Assembly (NCBI RefSeq): GCF_009914755.1
Contig: NC_060927.1
Length of the DNA stretch: 64,000 nucleotides
DNA from: the human T2T-CHM13v2.0 reference genome, Homo sapiens
Strand: one strand, 5' to 3'
Under the pieces are notes generated by a model. The model saw nothing but the letters and a program-made list of their open reading frames with translations. It was not told where the DNA came from and did no database searches. Position numbers and translations under genes: made by a program. Shown here one piece after another: positions 24,315 through 34,059 of the stretch; the first letter of the stretch is position 1, and the number at the start of each line of letters is the position of its first letter.

Positions 24315-24864
24315 CTACATATTTTCCTCATTGTCAGATATCAAGTTTCTGTGTATGCTTGAGTATTTTTATGCCTCTATTTTGTTTGATTTGTCTGTTT
24401 TTCTACTCCTATGCCAATACCTTTCCTACATCATTATTATTTAATATCTGGTAGGGTAAGTCTTGCCATTTGATTCTTCTTCAAAATTACTTGTTGACCT
24501 CTTGTGAATTTTATGATTAGCTTGACAATTTCATTAAAAATCCAGCTGAGATTTTTATTGAAATTGCTTTGAATCCACTGCTTAATTTGATGAAAATAAA
24601 GTCTTTATACTATTGAGTCTTTTTATCCATGAGCATGCTATATCCCTTATTAAGATTCAGATCTACTATTATATTATTAAGATAATCTATTACAATTTTT
24701 TTAGTCATCTTTAATAATTTTCTCCATCTTTTGTCACATATTCTTTGGCTTTTGGTTGCTGTTTTTTAAATTTGTTCCTATATATCATGTAATATTGTTA
24801 TTATAACGCTTTTTAAATTAAAATCGAGTGGCTATCCATTCTCTATTTATTTATTTATTTAGTA

Positions 24865-25100
24865 TGAGACCTGCTAATTTTAATTGGGAACATGGTTTTC
24901 TGGAACAAAAACCACACTTCCTAGTTGAACTTGAAACAAGAAGGAGACATTTCTCTATGTTCCAAACAACAGGTCATGGTATGGAAGTGAATGTGTTCTG
25001 TGATACTGTGAGGAAGTGTCCCTAAACGGGGGGTGATGCTCTTCTTCCTCCATTCTTCCTTCTTATTGGCTGGAATAAGAACATGGTAACTGAAGCATTA
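24865..25100 (+). mobile_element. MLT1J-like fragment
   Basis: accacacttcctag..ggaagtgtccctaaa..ggctggaataagaacatggtaactgaagc. Confidence 0.55.
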
Positions 25101-25579
25101 GGCAAATGGTTTTAAGGTCCTCTTTAAATGCACTGTATACATTTTCTGGATCTTAGCTTCATGGAATGGAGCTTCGAGGTAGTTTTGCAAAAACTCAGTG
25201 TTCTGATTTTCAAAGAATTTATAGTTGTTTCCTTTTGCCAATAACCCAAAACGTTAAGGCCGAGATGAGCCTTCTCATTCATTTCTAAAAGTATGCTATT
25301 GAATTTTATGTACTATTATTATTTAGTATTTTTGAATTTATGTTCATAAGCAACACAGATATAAATTTTCTTTTATGGTACTCTTATTATGCACTTGTGG
25401 TATCTAGGTTATATTGACATTCCAAAATGAGTTAAGTAGCTTTCTCACTTTTTCAGGTAACTGAAATGATTTCTGTAAAATTAATAGTTACTTGAAGTTT
25501 TGGTAGAACTGCCTACGTTTGGTAAAATTGTCTTAGTCTAGTGTCTTTTTGTTGGGGAAATTTTCTCTCACTGATTCAA

Positions 25580-25870
25580 TTTTTTTTTGAGACAGAGTCT
25601 CACTGTGTCCCCCAGGCTGGAGTGCAGGGACGTGTACTCTGCTCACTGCAACCTCCGCCGCCTGGGTTCACACCATTCTCCTGCCTCAGCCTCCTGAGTA
25701 TCTGGGACTACAGGTGCCTGCTACCACGACCGGCTAATTTTTTGTATTTTTTAGTGGAGATGGGGTTTCATCGTGTTAGCCAGGATGGTCTCGATCTCCT
25801 GACCTCGTGATCTGCCCGCCTGGGCCTCCCAAAGTGCTGGGATTACAGGCATGAGCCACAGCGCCCAGCC
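25580..25870 (-). mobile_element. Alu (AluY/Sc-like), full length
   Basis: Contains gttagccaggatggtctcgatctcctgacctcgtgatc. TSD tgattcaattttttt at 25572-25586 and 25871-25885. Confidence 0.96.
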
Positions 25871-27019
25871 TGATTCAATTTTTTTAATGGTTATTGTTTG
25901 ATCTCAGCTTTCCTCACTGTGTCTAGCTCCCCTCCCTGACCCCTTACCCCTAGTCTATCTGTCCTGGCACTTCTGGATTTGCTGACCCCACTAACCTGAA
26001 GTACTGATCTCTGACTATAACTCAAGATGCAGTGCAACTGAGACATGATGCATGTTGCATGTTTGGAGCTGCCTCTTCACTGTGCCTGGAAAGGGAGAGG
26101 ACCAAACAGGCCCCCTTTCTTCCCCTTTCACCCTGTATCATTAGTCTCACCAAGATTGGCACTCCAAGATGGGCTGGTATAAGTAATTTTCTTTACTGGA
26201 AGGCTAGTCTAGCTATTTTGGACTCTCCACTGGGTCTCAGGGAAATCCTGGTAAAGTCTGAGGGACTTTACAACATATTTCAGGGAAGGTTCCTGGTGAG
26301 ACTTGCCTTTTCATATGACCTAACAGAGAGTGAGCCAGAGTTAGTCTTGGGCTTCGACTTTGAATCTCCCTGCTCTCACATTCTCCATTCCCATCCCCAG
26401 ACATCCCTGTCCTTTTCTCCTCATCTGAAAACACTCTGTCTCAAAGGAAGAGGTCTGGGCCCCTGGATCATTTCTCTCTTCTCTCATTTGGTGAATCTTG
26501 CTGTCTTGAGTAAGGGAGAGGAGAGGTTTCCATCCCATGAATGGAGATGTAGCTTTCCTAGTTTAAGTTTTCCTTTTGATAGTTCCTCATTATGAGACTC
26601 TTAATTTACATACCTAATAAAAGAACCTTGTTCTCTAAAAGTAAGCTTTAATGTTGGTGAATGGTCATTTGTTTTTCATTTTTTTTCTGAAAATTTGGTC
26701 ATTATCGAGGCCTTAGTTCTGCCCTATGAGGCACAAGTCAATATTACGCTGGTGAGAAGCGTTTGGTTTCTTCCTGCTCATCTCAGAAGCCAATTTGCCT
26801 TAACAAAAAGCTTCACTAACTTCCAGTAATGGTTCACTTCCACCCTGGAATGTTTGGCCTGTCTATATATTTGGAGTCAGCAATCCACTTATGACAGGAG
26901 AGAGAAGTAGGAGAAAGGGGAATTAGTAATTCCTTCCATCCTACATTTTTTTTTTTTGACTAAGAGTATCACCATTTTTCTCCACATTTCTGGAAAGCAT
27001 GAGGAGTAATAATAATGAT

Positions 27020-27240
27020 CATAATAGTGATAATGATAAATATGTATTAAACCCTTAATGATTCTTTGCCAAGAACTTTACATGCCTAACTTTATTTAAC
27101 CCTTACAAAACCTTATAAATTAAAATTGTTATCTCCATTTTATAGATGAGAAAACTGGTTTAGATGAGTAAGAGGCTTATTCTTAGGTGCTGCAAATTCA
27201 ATCCTAGGTTTAAATCTAGAGACCACATCCTTGGCCACCA
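27020..27240 (-). mobile_element. MIR
   Basis: atctccattttatagatgagaaaactg. Confidence 0.7.
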
Positions 27241-27670
27241 AAACTTCTTCCCTATCCAAAAAACAACTTGTTATCCCTTTTGAGAGGAAAATTCACCTCC
27301 TAAAATTAAGATTTACTGGCTTCCTGGTGGAAAACACCTAACTAAGCAGCTGTGACTACATCCACCCTGAGTCTCTCTCTCCTTGGGAGTGATGGCTGCC
27401 ACCACAGGCTGCTTTTGGTTGGGGGAGTCCTCTTTTCTCTGGAAAGTTTCACCCTGGGTTAGGCTGGCATGCAAAACAAAAAATATAATTTAGTCAATAC
27501 TGAGGGAGAACATGAGAAAAGCAAACTAAGAAAAAACACAAAACACAGAAACCATCCAGCTGGCAGTTTTATGATCCACCCTTTGCTTGCTTTCCCCTGG
27601 GCTTGTGAGCCTGGCCCCCTTCTCCATCCTGCAGGGCGTTAACAAAGGAATAGGACATATTTCTGCTCAC

Positions 27671-27843
27671 CTTATAGGTGCCTTTTAGGAAGTTGATTTT
27701 TCCAGTCCATGAAGTTCCTCTTCCTCCAGCAGTTGGCAAGATTTTCTGGTGATTAACAGAATGTTCTGTCCCTGCACGTATAGACACTTGTCCTGAGCCT
27801 GAAGGCCATGATATAAAAATGCCTCCAAAAAATCAAAGCAGAA
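27671..27843 (-). pseudogene. CNBD1-like exon remnant E (173 nt, one stop)
   Basis: C-rich acceptor ccccacccccccgacag and donor AAG|gtgagc. Reads FCFDFLEAFLYHGLQAQDKCLYVQGQNILLITRKSCQLLEEEELHGLEKSTS*KAPI(R), phase 0-2. Confidence 0.75.
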
Positions 27844-28218
27844 CTGTCGGGGGGGTGGGGACTGGGGTCTCTACTGACATACTCTGCTGTTCATTATCTG
27901 TGGTAAAGTAGTTGGCAGAGGAAGCTCACAGCAGCTTGTTTGTTTTACAAAGGAGGTTGTTCTATAGAGGGCTGAATGCAGCACCTGGCCACTGGCCACA
28001 ACCCCAGTGGAGCCCAGTGTTCCCAGCAGGCCTGAGTGGATTTTGCTGGTTCACTCCTGCTGATCTTCTGTCTACTCATTTCATAGGGCCCACCCCTACT
28101 GAGTGTGGGGAAGACAGAGATCAAGAGGTAGGAAGGGGTGAGAAATGGAGTTTCTAATGGTGCCTCTGCCTATTTCAAGAAAAAAAACCGGCATCCTATA
28201 AATTATTTCTAACCTTAC

Positions 28219-28432
28219 TCTTTTCTGTTCCTGATAGCTCTCGCTACCCTGACCTTCTTCCCAGAAAAGAAATTTAGCTGCAGTGTGAATCCTCTTTCTC
28301 AAGGCAATTGTCCCACATAAGCATCTATTGACCTATTTATTTTGGGTTCAGCTTTGGCCTTTAGAAATTTCTTGGTGGTGATTGTTATTTGAGGAGAAGA
28401 TTTTGCTAAATTTGTGTAATTCCAGCATTTAT
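28219..28432 (-). pseudogene. CNBD1-like exon remnant D (214 nt, one implied 1-nt deletion)
   Basis: Acceptor gctttgctcag and donor AGA|gtaagg. Reads (D)KCWNYTNLAKSSPQITITTKKFLKAKAEPKINRSIDAYVGQLP / LRKRIHTAAKFLFWEEGQGSESYQEQKR. Ends in phase 0. Confidence 0.72.
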
Positions 28433-28683
28433 CTGAGCAAAGCACTCATGATGCTGTGGAACTGCGTTTTACAGCTTCTAGTCTATAATCAAAAATTCCC
28501 ATTTTGCAGTAGAGAATGAGGTTCACAAAGAATGAGTAATTTACAAAGTGGGATCTGCTGTTTGCTTTCAAAGTGAGGCCTCTTTGTTTGTTTCTTTTTC
28601 ACCTTTACTATCCAGCATTTTTGGAGTTCTTTATTTAACAATGCATCAGTAGACTTTAAATGAATAGAAAAAATTTAGATTAC

Positions 28684-28934
28684 CTTCCAAAAGTGTACAT
28701 GGAAAAGAGAAGCAACGATGTGAGGTCAGGAATTCTGTATGTAGAGAACCATGTTTCCCAGGTCACAAATTATATACGTCTATTTTTTCTTTTTCTTGGG
28801 TTTCAAGAGCATCTTAAGATGCTCCAGATTTTTTCTCACATTTGATTCTTGGTTAGTTGTAATGACCCAGGTTGCTGAATGTCAGGAAGAACTTTGCTCA
28901 AGGAAGCTTTCTGTTCAAGGAATTTGAATGACAT
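28684..28934 (-). pseudogene. CNBD1-like exon remnant C (251 nt, frameshifted)
   Basis: Acceptor attctccccag and donor AAG|gtaatc. Different frames give MSFKFLEQKASLSKVLP, RKNLEHLKMLLKP, YRIPDLTSLL and FPCTLLE, with internal stops and several implied frameshifts. Confidence 0.72.
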
Positions 28935-28959
28935 CTGGGGAGAATCTGGTTCCAACTTG

Positions 28960-29087
28960 CATTTTGGAGCCAACCTACAGCCTGAATGAAGGAAGCTAAA
29001 GAAAAAATTTTACTTATATTGCACTTCCCTGAGTTTTCAGATACTTTGTTATGCAGCATAATTGCAACAACAGCTGGCGAATATACC
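28960..29087 (+). mobile_element. MLT1 3' fragment
   Basis: ctgagttttcagatactttgttatgcagcat..cagctggcgaata. Confidence 0.5.
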
Positions 29088-29381
29088 ATCCTTCTCTCTT
29101 AGTTCTACTTTCTTATGAGAAGCAACACAATTTCTTCACCTTTGGCTCTGCCTCCATTTCACTGGATCACTTGGGTCACAAAAAGGAGTCTAATATCTCT
29201 TTCTCTCTAGGACTTCTGTCTTGAAGTTGCAGCTGGGAAACAACACAATGTATTTTAGGATGTAAAATATTGTGAGCCTGAGGATATAGGAAACTGAATG
29301 TTGTCTGTGTGTGATCTCAGATGTCAAGTTATAAAGCTAAAAATGTTGCCTTGTGCTCTGGGAAGAATGTAATCATTCCTT

Positions 29382-30920
29382 TTGATGGTGGAGTTGGCCT
29401 GTCTGGGGCAGCCACCGTGGGACGTCGGCTGCAGCAGGGGAGGCTCATCCAGGGCTGCTGGCTCTATGGAGCTGGCAGGGGCCAGGAATAGGCAGGAGCC
29501 CCACCCTCCTACTGGGCTGGTGAGGCAGGAGCCCAGTGCTCCTGGGAGCAGCTGCAGCCGCGGAACCACGGCTCTCGACCTGGGCATCCTGGTGCTCCTA
29601 GGGGCCTGAGAAGCCCTCCTGTCCCTGCAGACTCAGGAGTGCCTGCTCTTGCTCCCTGGCTTCACCCTGTTCCCAGTGCCCACTTTAATTTTGGAGCAAA
29701 GTTGAAGCCAAGCCTGGGTACTGTCTTGACCTGACCAGGTATATGCGTGTTTGGGGCAGCATTGACATGCCAGACCCCCTCCAAAACTTTGGCACTGATG
29801 AGCTCAGGGAGGGAGGCCAAGTAGGGCTGAGGGTGGCTCAGGGCAGGCCTGCAGGCACCCCTCGGTGCGAACAGCCTGGGTGCCATGAATTACATGTTGA
29901 TGGCAGTGGGAGGCAGACAATTTCCTAGGCAGGAAGGGGCGGGTCCCCAGTGAAGCCCCACTTTCAAGCCAGGGACAGTCTGAAGCCTTCGACTGGGCTG
30001 CCAGTTCTGGGTAAGGTCGACAGCCCAGAGTGAGAACTCATGGTGCTTTTTCTGGGCCCACCCATGGCCACCCGTGGACCAATCAGTACTCACTTCTTCC
30101 CTTCTAAGCCCATTAAAAACTCCTGACTCAGCCAGACTCAGACAGATGTTAGGACTACCAGCTGCAGGAAGGAGCTACCCATTGCCAGTCTCCAGTCTGC
30201 TGAGGATGACCTGGCTGCAGAAAGGAGCGACCCACTTTGGGTCCTCTGAGAACTGTTCTGTTGCTGAATGAAGCTCCTCTCTGCTGTGCTTACCCTCCAG
30301 TTGTCCACATACCTCATTCTTCCTGGGCATGGGACAAGAACTTGGGACTCGCCAAATGGCAGGACTGAAAGAGCTGTAACACAAATAGGGCTGAAAAACG
30401 CCCCCTTGCTCACCACATTGCAGATGATGAGAGGAGAGAAGGCTGTGGCCTTACGGGAAGCCCAGATCTAGGAGCTCCCCAAGCCAGGGCTGTGATACCC
30501 TCTTTGGGGTTCTGTGGTTTCTGGCATCTCCAAACTTCTGGGCACCACTGTGTTCCCCTCATCTAGACGCAGGTGCCCACAGTGGAAGCCATGTGTGGTA
30601 CATCTGGTCCAGCCACAGCTTTGCATGGAGTTGGCACCTGTGCTGATGCCTGGAGCTGCCTGCCCCACCACAGCAGCTGGCATGCCTGGTTGTGCAGAAT
30701 GGACAGACCCTGTGCTTGTTCACCCACACACCCTTTGTCACTCCGTGTCTGGCTTGCCCTTGCAGTTGTGGGATCTGGGCTGGTAGCACAACCCGAGCAC
30801 AACCTGCCAGGTTGAGTGGGCAGAATGAGCTCAGTGGGTGCAAGCAATTCTCAGGCAGAAGGCGCCACCAGCCACAGAGGATTCTGGCTGGCAAAGCGTC
30901 ACCCCAAGGATCCTGTGACA
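29382..30920 (+). mobile_element. MER52 solo LTR (ERV1 class), GC-rich
   Basis: Starts tgatggtgg..ggctgcagcaggggaggc and ends gcgtcaccccaaggatcctgtgaca. Flanks are cctt/cttt. Explains the dense cluster of short ORFs here. Confidence 0.88.
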
Positions 30921-31119
30921 CTTTTACCATTGTTTCATGTTCTTTGGAAAAGCAGAAATAATCACTGGTACTTCTCAGGATGTATGATACAATAAATAGA
31001 CAGATTAATATAGTGGCTCATTGTGGTTCCGTGGAGTGCTACCTTTGTGCCTCTCCAGAGGGCTAACCACTCCAGACATGGCAGGATCCATTTAACCGGA
31101 TTCTGCTACAAAGAATCTT

Positions 31120-31183
<64 letters not shown>

Positions 31184-31195
31184 TGTGTATGTGTG
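31120..31195. repeat. Interrupted (TG)n microsatellite, ~38 units
   Basis: TG run with TA interruptions. Confidence 0.97.
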
Positions 31196-31384
31196 GTTTT
31201 GAGTAGTTATTAAAATCAATGTGTGGCATTTTATAGTTTTCACTTTAGAATTTCTCTACTAGTAAGAATAAAAGAATGTGTTACAGATGACCTCGCCTAA
31301 TCCATACATATCTACTGTGAATTACCTAAGGACCTAGAAACATTGTGTTGGAAAAATAGCAATTTAAAATAACTTTCATGATAC

Positions 31385-31438
31385 CTTTGGCCAAGAAATT
31401 ATGAGGAACAATTCCATTCTAAGCAGGTATTTGCATGA
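31385..31438 (-). pseudogene. CNBD1-like exon remnant B (54 nt, open)
   Basis: Acceptor gcctttctattttcataatctaacacag and donor AAG|gtatca. Reads SCKYLLRMELFLIISWPK, phase 0-0. Confidence 0.65.
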
Positions 31439-32356
31439 CTGTGTTAGATTATGAAAATAGAAAGGCATGAAAACAGTAGAGTTTCAACAGGCATTACTCC
31501 TGATGGAAACCCCAAATTCAAAATTCATGCCTGCATCTGAGTCTTAACTCCATGTGCCCTGTGCTAGGAAGGGTCTCATCCTCCTCTTTCAATCTACATT
31601 CTCCTAGTATTTTTGCCTATCCAAAGTCCCATAATCTCCCATTTTTTCCTGACTCATTTTGGTGTTTTTCCTTAAAGCATGCAGATTCTACACCCACAAA
31701 GAGTTGCATTCTGATTCCAAGGTGTTTTTCAATCCATCTATACATATATGTATAATCTCAATCATAGAGATTAAAAGTATAATTATAGTAAGATACCTTC
31801 TCCTGTGCTGTGTGTGTATGTGTGTGTATATATATGTATATCTGTTTTAAATATCATAGACATGTACATATGTGGGTATATATAGTATATATCTATATAT
31901 CTATAATATTTTAAACCTTTAAAACATATTTATATGTACTATTTAAAAATGATACTACAGGGCTTCTGTATATAACTACATAGCTTGTGCACAGTAAACT
32001 GTACTTAGCCCTGGATCCTCATACCAAGTGGGATGGGAGCTACTTGTCTATAGTACACACTTGAACACTGTGTTAGTAGTATTCTCTAATTATTTTATAC
32101 ATTATATATATAAGGCTTGTTTTCTTGACAGTACAAACTTTGAAAAAAATACCTTTTTTTCTTATAGCGACTAGAGTTAGACACATTATAACAGAAATGA
32201 AGTGAGCATGTCTTGATGTCTTTACTTTATTAAGCATCCCACCCTTTCACTCTACACCTGCACAGCCACTCTATTCAGGCGTCATGTTCTTCATCTCCTT
32301 CAGGAAGCCTGTTTTAAAGGAAGTTGGGAAGACAAACAGTACCGTCTTCGAAATTA

Positions 32357-32681
32357 TTTGGCTGTGTCCCCCGCTAGATCTCATCTTGAATTATGACCCC
32401 CATAATCCCCACATGTCTAGGGAGAAACCTGGTGGGAGGTGATTGGATCATGAGTGTGGTTTCCCCCATACTGTTTTTGTGATAGTGAGTGAGTTCTCAT
32501 GAGATCTGATGGTTTTTATAAGGGGCTCTTCCCCCTTCGCTCCTCATTTCTTCTCTCTCCAGCCACTCTGTGAAGAGGTGCCTTCTGCCATGTGAAACTG
32601 TGAATCAATTAAACCTCTTTCCTTTATAAATTACCCAGTCTCCAGCAGTTCTTTATAGCAGTATGAAAATGAACTAATACA
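32357..32681 (+). mobile_element. THE1D/MSTA-like LTR with an internal deletion
   Basis: tttggctgtgtcccc..aattacccagtctc..gaactaataca. Confidence 0.9.
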
Positions 32682-32959
32682 GTGAATCATCAGAGTAATT
32701 ATTACACGTTTTATTTCAGTAATCAAAAATAAAACTCTGTCATAACTTCATACAAGTAAAATGTGTGTGTATGTGTGTTCATACTTAGTTTTAAAATATA
32801 AAAGTCCAGAAAGACAAGGATGTAAATTATCTACTTTTATTAAAACTCAATTACTCCCACCCCTTCAACATCATCACTTATAGCAGGAATAATACGGACT
32901 AACAGGATGGTAGGGAAGTCCTGGGATCTACAGAACGGCTTTTCAGTTCTGCTTCTGCC

Positions 32960-33360
32960 ACATATACAGGGAGGCAGATGATCACAGAGGACAAGCCCAT
33001 GTGCTCTGTCTCTGGTCTTGCTGGGTTTGCATCCCCACTTTTCTACTGCTTCTCCTGTTCTTGTGAGATCTTGACTAGGCTATGAGACCTCTCATTGCTC
33101 CATGTCCTCACTGGGTAATATCTTTACCTTCCTTCTAGTGTTGCTGTGAGTACTGAATGAGTTCACATAACTAACAACCAAGATCAGTGCTTGGCATAGT
33201 ATAAACACTCAACTCAGTGTTAAATATTTTCATTATTTCCCTTCTACGAGCTTCAGCTTCCAGATGTTAATATCTGTAAGATAAAAATAGATCAGATGAG
33301 GTAAGCATGGGACAGTGCTTTGTAATGCATAAGAACTATTCAAATAAAGGGCATTATTTC
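32960..33360 (+). mobile_element. MIR fragments
   Basis: tgttgctgtgagtactgaatgag..cagtgcttggcatagt. Confidence 0.6.
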
Positions 33361-33606
33361 TTTTAAAATGCTGCTTTAAAACATAGTGCTGATTTCTTTG
33401 CTTTATCTTGTAAATTTCTCTCTAAATGCTGAGTTCTTTGCTTGTGCTATTCGATAGCAGAATCATGTTGGATATTACTTTAGATGCTATTGTTAACATT
33501 TAATCCTGATATCTCATAATATACCTATTTTAAGGATGTATTCTTTTATTAAATGAAGGTGAGAGTCATGGTGGTGGGAATTGTATAGTGGTGAGTAAAA
33601 GCTAAC

Positions 33607-33652
33607 CTGCTTTTTGAAAGTTCAGTGGACAGCTTAATGCTCTCTGTTTATT
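33607..33652 (-). pseudogene. CNBD1-like exon remnant A (46 nt)
   Basis: atatgtag|A ATA AAC AGA GAG CAT TAA GCT GTC CAC TGA ACT TTC AAA AAG CAG|gttagc = INREH*AVH*TFKKQ. Both stops are one base from the L and C codons expected from recalled INYGQLNALCHIRGQ. Ends in phase 0. Confidence 0.55.
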
Positions 33653-33872
33653 CTACATATAGTGCAGACATTTACAGCTCAAGCCCTTAGGGGGGATTTC
33701 TGAGAGAACAGACTTTGCTTTAATATGGGAGTGGGTTTAGGAAAATTTTGACTCTGTCTCTGCTATAGAAGCCAGCAGAAAACTGCCATATGTCCAAGTG
33801 GTCCTCCACATTCTCCCATTTGCTAGAGTAGGGGTCCTCTTCCTTCTCAACACTCTCCCCAAGCCATCAGCC

Positions 33873-34059
33873 AGTTGTTCTTTAGTTGACTGAGTATCCA
33901 ATTTACCTGGAGAGGTTTTTAAAACCTAGGTTACTGGGCCTACCCCTAGAGTTTCTAGTTCAGCAGGTGTGGGGTGGGGCCTGAGAGTTCACATTTCTAG
34001 TAAGTTTCCAGATGATGCTGACACTGCTGGTCCAGGGCCAACACTTTGATAACCACTGC
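33873..34059. mobile_element. MER5A
   Basis: ggggtggggcctgagagttcacatttcta..ccagatgatgctgacactgctggtcc..actttgataaccactg. Confidence 0.88.

Larger units (their letters stand above)
22580..25570 (-). mobile_element. Fragmented old L1M interrupted by MLT2, THE1 and MLT1
   Basis: gaggttgaacaagttttac..ttcctcttctgtgaattgcc; tattgagtcttttatccatgagcatg; aagtttggtagaact. Confidence 0.7.
10497..33652 (-). pseudogene. Unprocessed (intron-containing) CNBD1-like pseudogene, at least 10 exon remnants; first exon not located
   Basis: Minus-strand AG/GT-bounded segments chain with mostly compatible phases into a translation containing INREH*AVH*, FLIISWPK..KFLEQKASLSKV, EHLKMLLKP, RIPDLTSLL, FLKAKAEPKIN, FLFWEE, LITRKSCQLL, HYG*QEW, EEGNDEKCTGMLFYCFCI and LHQV-PETFI. 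These are collinear with CNBD1 motifs as I recall them (INYGQLNALC, FMKQYPKVFLHQKPRLPKL, EFLAILKKLP, TIPDLTFQL, ILKGLARPQTN, FIWSEE, VVTEDDCEIL, PYYEEW, ESGNIISFVGYINSGCCNI, LLQVPFTCTI). Many stops and frameshifts. Confidence 0.78.

Noticed and set aside
25441-25462. Recursive-splice-like tttctcactttttcag|gtaact (also ttttctag|gtaaaa at about 54992)
   Set aside because: Such motifs are common in T-rich DNA, the first lies in an old L1, and there is no evidence for a plus-strand host transcript.
27849-27867. G-quadruplex-like G7-T-G4-ACT-G4
   Set aside because: Better explained as the C-rich pyrimidine tract of the minus-strand acceptor of fossil exon E.
29324-30961. Dense cluster of overlapping 60-120 aa ORFs
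   Set aside because: All lie in the GC-rich MER52 LTR, where stop codons are rare. They show no gag/pol/env motifs.
31081-31106. Small hairpin gcaggatcc/ggattctgc (also aatagtct/agactatt near 42610)
   Set aside because: Stems of 8-9 bp are expected by chance in 64 kb and have no tRNA, miRNA or snoRNA features.
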